From Stegostoma tigrinum (lineage: Eukaryota), in the NCBI RefSeq assembly GCF_030684315.1, contig NC_081386.1, forward strand, positions 17,059,914 to 17,123,913: 64,000 nucleotides of DNA. Direction: 5' to 3'. Made by a program: the position numbers and the translations under genes. Shown here one piece after another: positions 27,060 through 38,338 of this stretch. The notes under the pieces were generated by a model. That model did no database searches and was not told the DNA's origin. It saw nothing but the letters and a program-made list of their open reading frames with translations. Positions within the stretch are counted from its first letter, which is position 1. The number at the start of each line of letters is the position of its first letter.

Positions 27060-27330
27060 AAACAGAAATTAGGAGTAGACCATTTGGCCCTTCAAACCCT
27101 TTCTAATATGGTCAACGGCTGATTATCCATCTCAGTCCCTACTCCTGTGTTCTGCCCATACCTTTTGAACTCTTTAGCCCTAAGAACTATAACTAACTCC
27201 TTCTCGAAACCATTCAAGGTTTTAGACTCAACTGCTTTCTATGGCAGAGAATTCCACAGGCTCCCAACCTTTGTGGGTGAAGAAATTTCTGCTCATCTCA
27301 GTCCTAAATAGTTACTCCATGTCCTTAAAT
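27060..27330 (-). mobile_element. CR1 LINE 3' tail fragment
   Basis: aggagtagaccatttggcccttcaa...ggcagagaattccacagg...gaagaaatttctgctcatctcagtcc. Similar to 62470-62815. Confidence 0.7.
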
Positions 27331-27670
27331 GGATCTGCCTCAAGCTTCTGTAATTGAGTTTTGTGAAAACACTGCAGGAAGAATCCCATTGTGTTTGGTG
27401 TAACAAATGGATTCTTTAAGAAAGTGCATCCAATCCCGGTCCAGAGATTAGGAGATGTCACACTATTGATTCAAAGAAATGAGGCAGTGGTGTTAACACT
27501 TAACGTTTGCATAACATTTATAAGCTTCACTCAAACTCAACTTTTCTGAACATCACTGAATAATGGTGTAAATACAGCACACAGTGTCAAATTCTAAGCA
27601 ACAGTGGTCTGGTTTGAGAGTCAGTCGACCACTGTATCTGACTTGATTCACTTGTTGTTTGCCCATGCAG

Positions 27671-27863
27671 AGCTGGTGATGGATGGTGGTGGGTCCCTGT
27701 CATCGCACCACTGATTGGAGGAGTTCTTGGGACTGCCATTTATGTTCTGATAATTGAGTTGCACCACAAGGAGACAGCCCCAAAGGAGAACCACTGTACC
27801 TCAGAACAACAGATGGAGGGGAAGGCAAAATATGAAATGATTTCAATACAGTGCAACAAATAA
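27671..27863 (+). CDS. aqp9: Aquaporin-9-like, terminal coding exon 6 (absent from the ORF track)
   Basis: Acceptor atgcag|A completes the ACA codon from exon 5. Reads (T)AGDGWWWVPVIAPLIGGVLGTAIYVLIIELHHKETAPKENHCTSEQQMEGKAKYEMISIQCNK, stop TAA at 27861-27863. IELHH and the C-terminal KYEM point to AQP9 rather than AQP3/7/10. Confidence 0.93.
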
Positions 27864-28860
27864 TGCTGACAATTGAGTGAAGAGGCATCTTATATGGTCA
27901 GGATTCGGGTATGTGAAGAGAATATGAATTAATTTCTTAAAATGTTTCATTATTCTCCTGACAAATGAGTTCTGGGAACATGATTCTTATTTTATTGATA
28001 GGGGACAGAGTCATCAATTACACAAGTAATTATACAAGCAACCCAATATTATGTAGTGATATTTTGAGAGGCTATTTGGCACCCAAAAGCAACCAGTCAG
28101 AACTGAGACTAGTGCAATATTTACTGAGGAAAACCTGGCAATTGATGAGTCACAAAATCACAATTAATTTTGACAGAATCTTTGTTGGGAGCAGGTCGAT
28201 GTAACTCACAATCATAAAAAAACTCACAGATGTGAATGAGTTATGCCAGCTGATTTTTGAATCTATATGTTAAAGCGCCTTGTCCTCCTGTGTAATCTGC
28301 TATTTCACACATAAGCATTTATTTATAGTTGCTGGATAGTACAGAACTTGAATATTGCTGAAAGGAGCGCCACATCGGTGAAATTTTTTGTCTCACACTT
28401 GTCAGGACAAACATAAGAACGCCAAATTCCAAACTATTACAAGTTTTGATCACTTCGAATTTGTTATTCTTGCACTTGTCCTGATAAGTGCAGACAAAAA
28501 AACTTCACCAACATGTCTCTCTTCAGTAATGTTTATTTATATATCTAACTTTCACACAGAATCATGTTGCAACAGTGATTTACACTAATCTGGAAGCTGC
28601 ATTCACACTGCACAAAAGAATGGCATGCTAACTAAACCATGAATATTTGTGAAATAAAGCAAACTGTGTATTCAAAAGATGCATTCATCAACAGTATTAT
28701 TGCTGCATTTTATGTTTATATAAATCTCACTTGAAAACAGATACATTTGTGTTTAGTATATTTACTTCCACAGGCCCACATTGAAGTGCTTCTTTATGTG
28801 TTGCTTCACAGAATAACAAATACATATGCTTGAATAAATTTTATATCAATTATTATTCAA
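27864..28860 (+). other. Probable aqp9 3' UTR with candidate polyadenylation signals
   Basis: AT-rich, repeat-free sequence after the stop. AATAAA at 28653-28658 and 28833-28838. The real 3' end cannot be fixed from sequence alone. Confidence 0.45.
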
Positions 28861-30859
28861 CTGCTTCTGTGGTTATGTTGCACTTCAATACCACACTGTG
28901 TTATTGCCAAGATTGACTTTAAAAATCAGTACTGTAGTATGGAAAATTCTAACTGTGTCACTGTCATATCTTTGGTCCAATTTTTACTTTCTCTTAAGAC
29001 AGAATATTAGCTTTATGTACAAATGTCAACTTGCTTATAAATAATGGCACAATTTAAGATGGAATGTGAAGTGAAGATGCAGGCTACTGCACTTAGAAAC
29101 AATTCTAATGAAACTCGGAATGTTTATTCACTTAATTGCAGTTTGTAGTACTCCAATTTGCCCATTGGGTCCTCCTGAGATGTGATAAGGTGCTAGGGAA
29201 ATTCAACTTTGCATTTTTGTAATGTCGTAAGTTTACTAGCTAGGAAAAAAAAGAGAAATTCAGTATATTTTGCAACAATTTCTGTCCTAGTAATTTCTAC
29301 ATTTGAGAATTTATGGGCTGGATCTCAGTTGTACATTTCATTTGCTGAACAGCAAGGGGAGTTTTAAATCCAAGTGCTGATGGGTTTGGTATGAATGGAA
29401 TGTGATCATTATAAAAATATCAAATTTCGACCTAACTTGGCTGGAACCCACTTATTTTGAGTCTGTCTGAAGTGGGGTAAGTGAGCAGGGATCCAGAATG
29501 ATCATTGCTTATTTAAATGTTTTGATGTGGTTGCATGCCTCAGATTTCATTCTTCCTCCAGTTCTAACCTGCAGCTGTAGGAAGGCAGTAACAGTGCTGT
29601 GAAAGAGATTTGTACTTTTCCTGCTGTGTATGTGGACCACAGGGTGCAGGAGTATTTCCTCCTAGGTCTTGAGCTAACCTTCTGCGCTTGTCATGCCTAG
29701 ACCCACCAGCATTGCTGATGATACAACACTCTTTCAGCACTGTGTTGAAGTATCAACCTCGATTTAGTGCACAAGCCCACGGTGATTCAGACATGTTACC
29801 AAAGAGGAAAATATTTCAATCAATAAAAGCAAAATACTTCAGATGCAGGAAATCTGAAACAAATACAGAAAACATTGGGGAAAGTCAGCAGTTGTGGCAA
29901 CATCTGTGGAGAGAGGAATAAAATTAGTGCTACAAGTCCATGTGACTCTTCCTTTGAAGAACAATCAAATCAGATTCGAAACGTTAACTCTGTTTCTCTC
30001 TCCACATATGCCATCAGATCTGCTGAGCTTCTCCAGTACTTTCTAATTTTCTGTCAGGCTATATTCCAGCTGGCCCTGTACATCGGCACTAGAAAGATTT
30101 CCTTTACAGTGCTAACTCAAAATGAATCAATGATTAAAACTGTCAAAAATTGTTGGGCTTTCACTGTGTTTTGTTAAATTCACCTACACGGAGATTCCTG
30201 AAAATTTTGCATTGCTCAGTTCTGCCGCTGGTTTGTTTACTATCTTGTTGCCTGGAGCTGCACACTGGCATGGCTCCACCTATAAACATTTGTGCAGTCC
30301 ACTGATCTGTGTTTATCTATCCAACACAATTGTATTGGTGTAACCTAGCAACCAGCTCAATCAGTTGAGTTAGTTAGTTATAGAAAAAAAATGCGCTTAC
30401 TTTTCATCCGAATATACTGCTTGAGTTCCTTGCATTTTCAATGTAATTTGTTTGGGTTATATCACCTTTTAATTGAAATGGTACTGCAGTGGGATATGTG
30501 CACAAATATGACCTTTAGCTTAAAAATCAGACACTTGGACCTTATGTGGAAGAGGACAGTATGCAGCAACCAGTTGAACGTGCTGTAATATCAACAATGC
30601 AAATGGGAAAGCAATTATGAGAGTATTTCTGAGTTAACAGTAGATCTCAAACACAAAGAAGATCACGTTAAATCTCCAAGATGACGTTAAAACTCCAAGC
30701 AGGTGAGAGAAAATTATTTTGTGTGGTACCCTTTCAACACTAACAAGAGAAGCTAGCTTCCTTTTAAGTTTACAACAAACCAGACTATGAATGTAGACTT
30801 TAAAATTAAATTGGAAGCAATCTGGATATGTACCAACAACTTACATCATATGTTAAAAT

Positions 30860-30932
30860 CGAAACATCAGCTTTTGTACTCCTGAGATGCTGCTTGGTCT
30901 GCTGTGTTCATCCAGCTCCACACTTTGTTATC
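30860..30932 (+). mobile_element. Short PLE tail fragment
   Basis: cgaaacatcagcttttgtactcctgagatgctgcttggtctgctgtgttcatccagctccacactttgttatc. Confidence 0.8.
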
Positions 30933-31705
30933 AACAGGAACATTGTTGGGGTTCAGGTCAAGCAGAGGTTTTTAAGAATGGTCAACAAAAGGAGTTTTCA
31001 AGACAAAGGAAAAGAAGTGAGATGAAGACAAGAAACAAATTCCATCGCAGCGGAGACAGAGTTCAGCAAACTCTGCTAGATTTCACAAATGTGGAAGAAT
31101 AAAGGGTGAATGATGGGTTGGAGAATAGAGTTGTACAGAAGGAAACCAAAAAAGGATTTGAAATTTTGGGGAACAAGCTTGAACATGATGCGCAGAAGGT
31201 TATTGCCAGCGGAGAGCAATCAGGGTGGGAGGGGCAAGAAGACTGGTGTGCATGAGTTTGAGTGAAATAGGATGTGGACTTCAGAAATCTGGATGACTTA
31301 GAATTTGTTTGAGTTGGAGTTGGGGAGGTTGGTGAGGAGACCATTTGAAAACACAAGGCTTTATGTAATGATGGCATAAATAGGGGTTTCAACAGTGATG
31401 GGGTTTTTAGTAGCGGCATAGGTAAAACCATGCTTGAGAGTGGGAAAATAGCATTCTTTGCAAAAGAGGAGTTAATTATAAATGTAGAATTGAAATTGAA
31501 CTTCAAGGTCCAGCAGGACATAATAATGATATTAATGTGTTTATCCTGAGCAAGCAGAAAATCAGAAATATGGATTTGGAAACTAAGGTGCAAAGTTTCT
31601 AAGAACAGTTGTTAAGGGTTGGTTTCTGCCTTGATAATAACTGAACAAAGGGAAATTCTCCCCCATCCAGGATTTGCTGTCAAATGGGCAAACAGGAAAT
31701 GCAAT

Positions 31706-32029
31706 AGAATTGAATCCGTACAGTGTGGAAACAGGCCCTTTGGCCCAACAAGCCCACACCAAACCTCACAGCATCTCACCCAGACCCATCCCTCTATAAC
31801 CCACCTAATCTACACCTCCCTGAACACTATGGGCAATTTAGCATGGCCAATCTACCTAACCGGCACATCTTTGGACTGTGGGAGGAAACTGGAGCACCCG
31901 GAGGAAGCCCATGCAGACATGGGGACAGCATGCAAACTCCACACAGACAGTCACCCGAGGCTGGAATTGAACCCAGGTCCCTGGTGCTGTGAGGCAGCAG
32001 TGCTCACCACTGAGCCACTGTTCCACCCC
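31706..32029 (-). mobile_element. HE1-type V-SINE, near full length
   Basis: Minus strand reads gtggctcagtggtgagcactgctgcctcacagcaccagggacctgggttcaattcc (A and B boxes), then V-domain and CR1-type tail. Confidence 0.9.
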
Positions 32030-32374
32030 ATTGCTCTGCTTTTCCAAAAGCCAGCTGAACGATAGTACTGGTGCCAATCTTTACATAATTGTACCTTTTT
32101 AGTATTAACTTTGGAGTTAAATATTACAAGCAGCTTCTGCCTAACTTAGCCACAGGGCAATTTGGTAAATGTCTCCCCTGAAAGATACTCAACTAAAACT
32201 CACTTAATATCCCACACTTGTAAATAAATGTGACAAATATATAATAAATAATGTTGGATTCAAAAGGTGAAGAAAGAGGCAATGGAACTAATACCATTCT
32301 AGTAATACAGCAAACTTTACCTTACAAACTGGCAGGTTTTCCAACTGAGCCAAGCTGATACATAAATGCTGCAA

Positions 32375-33165
32375 TGTTGTGATCACAGCTGATGGAAATA
32401 CTTGATAAGTCAGATCCTAGAGTGAAACTTTACTTGATAGATTGTGAGTCTCCTGTTCACTTAGTTACTATGGTGGTTAGTCATCAAACATATTCAGAAG
32501 TATGCCAATGTTCTTTGAGAAAAGAACACAAGTTTATTACACCAAAGGCATAAACAAACAAAGCTACATTTATGACGGATTAAAAAGATTGTAACATGAA
32601 TGAGGGATAAAGTTTGAACTACACCTCCAACAACATCCTTTACAGATACTCAATCGTAGTGAGGTGTCACTCTCATCTTAATTCTTTAATTTCTTACTTG
32701 AAGACTTTTTTCGTCTGATAGATTGAACCTCATTTTCATTCTGATAGATTGAACATTTCTATATAAACTCCCGCAACTTGGAGACTTCACAAACTAACCT
32801 GCCCTTCTCCTGGGGTGAAATTGTCCTTCTGAACTGAAACATGACTGTTAATGAACCTTCAGCTGTTTTCTCAGTATATCACAAATGTTCAACATTGTAA
32901 GCACTTCATCAATTAATGTCACATTATTCTGCTACACACTTTAGTCATCTGCCTTCTCAGAAATTTAATGTTTAGTTTGCAGTTCCAAATTACTTTCTGA
33001 ATTCTTAACATCTCTTTAAAAAGGTTTTTAATGACTGAAATGAGCACCTACTTTACCTAAATTTAATAAACCAAATTCCAAGTGATATAATATATACACC
33101 CTTAACACAACAGCAAAATCATTCCATTTCTGTGGAAATCATCAACTATTCTCAATGACATAACA
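32375..33165 (-). mobile_element. Solo LTR (~790 bp) with 4-bp TSD
   Basis: Termini TGTT...AACA. GCAA at 32371-32374 and 33166-33169. The 3' end on the minus strand (ccatcagctgtgatcacaaca) matches ends at ~40785 and ~52248. Confidence 0.7.
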
Positions 33166-33554
33166 GCAAATTTCATAGTATGATGCCTGTGATACACTAA
33201 AAACTAGAGAACTCCAGATAAGCTGAACCTATGTAATTTAAAATACAACTGTGTTGATCAACTGGAGCCGAGCTCAGCGGAGCTCAAAAACAAGCAGCAT
33301 TGAGGAAACCAATCATTTATCATCGAGGTTATCAGTGACTAGGTCTAACCCTGGTGAAAATTTCAACGTGTTCTCAGTTGGAGAGAAGTTGAAGTTGATA
33401 CAGTGAGTGAAAACTGTAACACAAAGCAACAAGCAGTCACAGTGAAGAAGTGGATGAAACCAGACTATTTTATTATCTTTTGCCAGACAGCTCTTTAATG
33501 TTTAAAGAATAAACTTGCAATATTGGAAAGCAGAGAAAGGAATGTATCAGTGCA

Positions 33555-34025
33555 CTGCTCCTTTTTTTGTAGCTTCCCCGGGGCATTTTTGTACCGGGTC
33601 AGGTTCCTTCAACTCTGCGTCACGATACAGGTGGCATGTAACACTCAATAGCTGGTCTCTTGTGCCTGGTGCATCTTGGAAGAAATTCATTCTCTTATTC
33701 ATGTGGCAAAGGCTTCAAGGCAGTGACATCCACGTATCCATCTCAGATTCTGAGGTCTCTTCTATATGTGATGGCAGGGAGAACCCAATAGTTCTGACAG
33801 ACTTTCTGACTGTTCCAAAGAGCAGGCGATGTTTTGTTCCCACCTTGTTTGCAAGTTTGCAGCTTTCAAATACTCCATGTGCTTGTTCAGGACCGTTGTG
33901 TAAGTCCTATGCACCTACACACTGGACATGCCTTTTACTCATGCAGGGCCATTCCTATGGTGCCTACACCAAACTTTGTTCACCTGAAGTAAACTGTTTC
34001 TCTTGCTTAGCACAGACTTTTGTCT
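33555..34025 (-). mobile_element. Ty3/Gypsy pol C-terminal (post-integrase) remnant
   Basis: Minus strand gives KQFTSG..KVWCRHHRNGPA...VLNKHMEYLKAA across frameshifts. Its end resembles 42715-42790 of the LTR element below. Confidence 0.55.
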
Positions 34026-34261
34026 AGAATTTGCATTCATGATGCCATTTCACCCTCCCACCCCGCAAGTCTGGGTATATCAGATTTAATCTGGCCCTAC
34101 AATCAAATAGGAACTGGGGCACTTCAGTATCTAAAGAAGCTGTAGGCTGTTTCTGGACTGCTCTTTCTGTCAGACCATTGGATGATGGATGGTACGGAGC
34201 TGCTCTTATAAGTCAGATGTCATTCAACTTTAGGAAATACTCAAATGCCCTGCTGGCAAAT

Positions 34262-34605
34262 GGGAGGTGATGACCTATGGTATTATCGCTGGACTATTAA
34301 TCCAGAGACCCGGATAATGTTCTGGGCACCCAGGTTCAAATCCTGCCATGGCAGACGGTGGAATCGGAATTCAATAAAAATCTGGGATTAAGAATCTAAC
34401 GATGATTGTGAGACCATTGTCAGTTGTCAGATCTGGTTCACTAATGTCCTTTAGGGAAAGAAACTGCCATCCTTACCTGGTCTGGTCAACATACAATTCC
34501 CAACCCACAGAAATGCGGTTAACTCTTAACTGACTTCTGGGCAATGGCAGACAGGCAATAAATGCTGCCTCGCCAGCAATGCCCTCATCCCATGAATGAA
34601 TAAAG
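34262..34605 (+). mobile_element. tRNA-derived SINE, best-preserved copy of a family with at least 7 copies here
   Basis: B box ggttcaaatcc at ~34333, body ctggttcactaatgtcctttaggg, tail catgaatgaataaa plus A-run. Confidence 0.85.
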
Positions 34606-35162
34606 GAAAAAAAAGCTCATTGTCTGTGAGCAACACTTCAGGAGTCCATGTATTGCAAAAGATGAGCGCAATTTTTCTATCATCGTCTCAATGTTTGATG
34701 AATGAAATCTACGCATGTTCAGCCACTTTGATCAGGCATTCACAATTAATAAGAACTTTCAGCCTATGAAAGGATCTGCACAGTTGATGTATAATTGGGT
34801 GAAGGGTTTACCCAGCCATTCCACGAATGTGGGAGACTGTTGGCAGTAATTTGTGTCTTTGCTGGCAATCTGGGCACTGGCCCACCAATGCAGCTATATG
34901 TGTATCTAATTCTGGTTACTAGACACAACTTCTCACCAACATCTATATTTTGGAAACCCTGGATGGCCCTGGTGGAGTTACAGTCAATTTCGTGAAAGAT
35001 AGCTGTTTCAGTGATCACAGAACCTATGCTAGTATCGACTTCCATTAGAATTGGGTGACCATTTAACCAGATTTTATTTTGATTGGTTCTGACTTGGACA
35101 TTGCTAAGCAGTTTAACTGTTCCAGACTAAATGCAGGTGCAATTATACTGGGACCTGTCAAC

Positions 35163-36106
35163 TGCTTTTTGTCATTTATATGAATGATTTGGATGTGAAT
35201 ATAGGACAAATGATTAATAAACATGTAGATTCCACCAAAATTGGTGGTGTAATGAACAGTGAAGATTGTTGTGAGAGTACAACAGGACTTTGATCAATCA
35301 GATAGGCTGGGGCATGGCAGATGAAGTTTAATTTTGATAAATTCGTGCTGTCGCATATCAGTAAGGCAAATCAGGGCAGGACTTAGGACACTTAATGGTA
35401 GGATTCTGGGGAGTGATGCCAGACAAAGAGACCTTGGGGGTGCGGGTTCATAGTTCCTTGAAGCGGAGTCACAGGTAGATGGGGTAGTGAAGGCAGCATT
35501 TGGTATGTTTACATTTAGCGCATTGAGTATAGGAGTTGGGAGGTCATGTTTTGGCTGTACAAGGCATTGGTTAGGCCACTTTTGGAATAGTGCATTTAAT
35601 TCTGGGTTCCACGCTATAGGAAAGATGTTGTTAAACTTGAAAAGGGTCAAGAAAAGAGGTACAAGGATGTTGTAAGGCTTGGAGGGTTTAAGTTATAGGG
35701 AAAGGCTGAGCAGGCTGGAGTTATTTTCCCTGGAGCACCAGAGACTGAGGGGTGACTTTATAGAGGTTTATACAATCATGAGGAGCATGAATGGGGTGAA
35801 TAGCCATGATCTTTTTCCCATGGGAGGGGTCAAACTCTAGATGGGAAAGGTTAAAGGTGTGAGGGGAAAAGAATTAAAAGGGACCATACTGGCAGCTTCT
35901 TTACACAGTGGGTGATGTGTGTATGGAATGAACTGCCAGAGAAAGTGGTGGAGGTGGGTATAATTGCAACATTTAAAAAGCATCTGGATGAGTATATGAA
36001 TAGGAAGAGTTTAGAGAGAGATGAGACAAACGCTGGCAAATTGGTCAGCATGAATGAGTTGGACTGAATGGTCTGTTTCCGTGCTGTACAACTCTTAGGA
36101 CTCTAT
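35163..36106 (+). mobile_element. 5'-truncated CR1 LINE
   Basis: LLFVIYMNDLD at the 5' end, CR1 ORF2 C-terminal motifs, and tail gtctgtttccgtgctgtacaactcttaggactcta. Confidence 0.9.
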
Positions 36107-36204
36107 AACTGAAGAGTAACCATAGATCGCCTCCACAGATTCTAGAGAGAAGAAAAAATGCCAAATATTGAAGTCAGAAATAGAACCAAACTCCCACTCA
36201 TTGA

Positions 36205-36354
36205 TAATGGGAACTGCAGATGCTGGAGAATTCCAAGATAAAATGTGAAGCTGGATGAACACAGCAGGCCAAGCAGCATCTCAGGAGCACAAAAGCTTTT
36301 GTGCTCCTGAGATGCTGCTTGGCCTGCTGTGTTCATCCAGCCTCACATTTTATC
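36205..36354. mobile_element. PLE tail-derived fold-back insertion with 13-bp TSD
   Basis: TSD tcccactcattga at 36192-36204 and 36353-36365. Palindrome 36237-36354 centred on aaaag|ctttt. Confidence 0.92.
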
Positions 36355-36481
36355 CCACTCATTGACATGTTTTCATTGTTTGGCCAGGATATTCAAAAAG
36401 CCGTGGGGGACCATCACCCAGGCCCTTTTCCCGTTGGATGACGAGAGATCGACAAACCATGAGATTCATCAATTCGTGGAG

Positions 36482-38338
36482 AAATAATAGGAACTGCAGA
36501 TGCTGGAGAATCCGAGATAACAAGGTATGGAGCTGGATGAACAGAGCAGGCCAAGCAGCATCTCAGGAGCAGGAAAGCTGACATTTCGGGCCTAGACCCT
36601 TCATCAGAAATGGGGGAAGGGAAGAGGGTTCTGAAATAAATAGGGAGAGAGGGGAAGGCAGATCGAAAATCGACAGAGGGGAAGATAAGTGGAGAGGAGA
36701 CAGGAAAGTTAAAGAGGTGGGATGGAGGTGAGTATAGGTGGGGAGGTAGGGAGGAGATAGGTCAGTCTGGGGAGGACGGGCAGGTCAAGGGGGCGGGATG
36801 AGGTTAGTAGGTAGGAAACGGGGATGTGGCTTGCGGTGGGAGGAGGGTATGGCTGGGAGGAAGAACAGGTTAGGGAGGCGGGGACAAGCTGGGCTGGGTT
36901 TGGGATGGGGGGGGGGGTAGATTTTGAAGCTTATGAAATCCACATTAATACCATTGGGCTGCAGAATTCCCAAGCAGAACATGAGTTGCTGTTCGCGTAG
37001 CATCATTGTGGCAGTGCAGGAGGCCCAGGATGGACTTGTCATCTGAGGAATGGGAGGGGGAGTTGAAATGGTTCATGACTGGGAGGTGCAGCTGTTTATT
37101 GCAAACTGAGCGTAGGTGTTCTGCAAAGTGGTCCCCAAGCCTCCGCTTGGTTTCCCCACTGTAGAGGAGGCTACAATGGGTACAGCGGATGCAGTATACC
37201 ACATTAGCAGATGTGCAAGTGAACCTCTGCTTGATGTGGAAAGTATTCTTGGGGCCTGGGATGGTGGTGAGGGAGGTGGTGTGGGGTCAGGTGTAGCACT
37301 CCCTGCGGTTGCAGGGAAAATTGCTGGGTGTGGTGGGGTTGGAGGGGGGTGTGGAGTAGACAAGGGAGACACAGAGAGAGTGGTCCTTCTGGAAAGCAGA
37401 CAAGGGTGGGGAGGGAAAAAATGTCTTTGGTGGTGGGGTTGGATTGCAGATGGTGGAAGTGTTGGAAGATGATGCGTTGGATCCAGCCATTGGTGGGGTG
37501 GTACGTGAGGAAGAGGGGAATTCTCTTTTGATTGTTATTGCAGGGACGACTTGCAGGAAACGTGAGAGATAAAGTTGAGGGTGTTCTCGACCACTGTGGG
37601 TGGGGGGGGGGGGGGGGGGGGGGTTGCAGTCCTTGAAAAACAAGGACACCTGAGATGTACAGGAGTGGAATGCCTCATTCTGGGAGCAGATGTGGTGGAG
37701 GTGAAGGAATTGGGAATAGAGGATGGCATTTTGCAGGAAGGTGGGTGGGAGGAGGTGTAATTATAGGTAGCTGGGGGAGTTGGTGGGCTTGAAATAGACA
37801 CCGGTTTCTAGGTGGTTGCCTGAGATGGAGACAGAGGTCCAGGAAGGTGAGTGAGCTGTTAGAGATAGTCCAGGTAAACTTAAGGTAGAAGGTGTTGGTA
37901 AAGTAGGCGAACTGTTCGTGCTCCTCATGGGAGCACGAGGCGCCGCCGATACAGCCATCAAATGTAACGGAGGAAGAGGTGGGGTTTAGGGCCAGTGTAG
38001 GTGCGGAAGAGGGATTGTTTCATGTAACCCACAAAGAGGCAGGAATAGCTTGGGCCCACGCAGGTGCCCATGGCCACCCCCTTTGTCTGTAGGAAGTGGG
38101 AGGAATTGAAAGAGAAATTGTAGAGGGTGAGGACGAGTTCGGCTAAGCAGATGAAGGTGTCAGTGGAGGGGGACTGGTCAGGCCTGCAAGACCAGAAGAA
38201 GCGGAAGGCCTTTAGACCATCTGCATGGGGAATGCAGGTGTACAGGGACCGGAGTCCACAGTAAAAATGTAAAAATGAGGTGTTGGGGACGGGCAATTGG
38301 AAGTTCTGGAGGTGGTGGAGGGCGTGGGTGGTGTCAAG
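36482..38338 (-). mobile_element. 5'-truncated Penelope-like element (RT and GIY-YIG, frameshifted) with 11-bp TSD
   Basis: Minus ORFs give QTKGVAMGTCVGPSYSCLFVGY...LFLRYI (PLE RT), YFKPTNS and VYCIRCTHCSLLYSGETKRRLGDHFAEH. TSD aattcgtggag at 36471-36481 and 38339-38349. Confidence 0.93.

Noticed and set aside
12601-27863. Assignment to aqp3, aqp7 or aqp10
   Set aside because: Exon sizes are shared across the subfamily, but GWGFEVF, YVLIIELHH, the KYEM tail and the loop-C sequence fit AQP9 best. Phylogeny or synteny would be decisive.
31619-32077. 148-aa and overlapping ORFs, or a tRNA gene
   Set aside because: Almost entirely within an HE1-type SINE. The A/B boxes belong to the SINE head and no full cloverleaf is evident.
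33515-34027. 170-aa + strand ORF
   Set aside because: It is antisense to a decayed Gypsy pol fragment and has no recognisable domain.
36237-36354. Palindrome as a bona fide miRNA gene or MITE
   Set aside because: It is wholly derived from a PLE tail, has no loop, and its long TSD is retroelement-like. There is no expression evidence.
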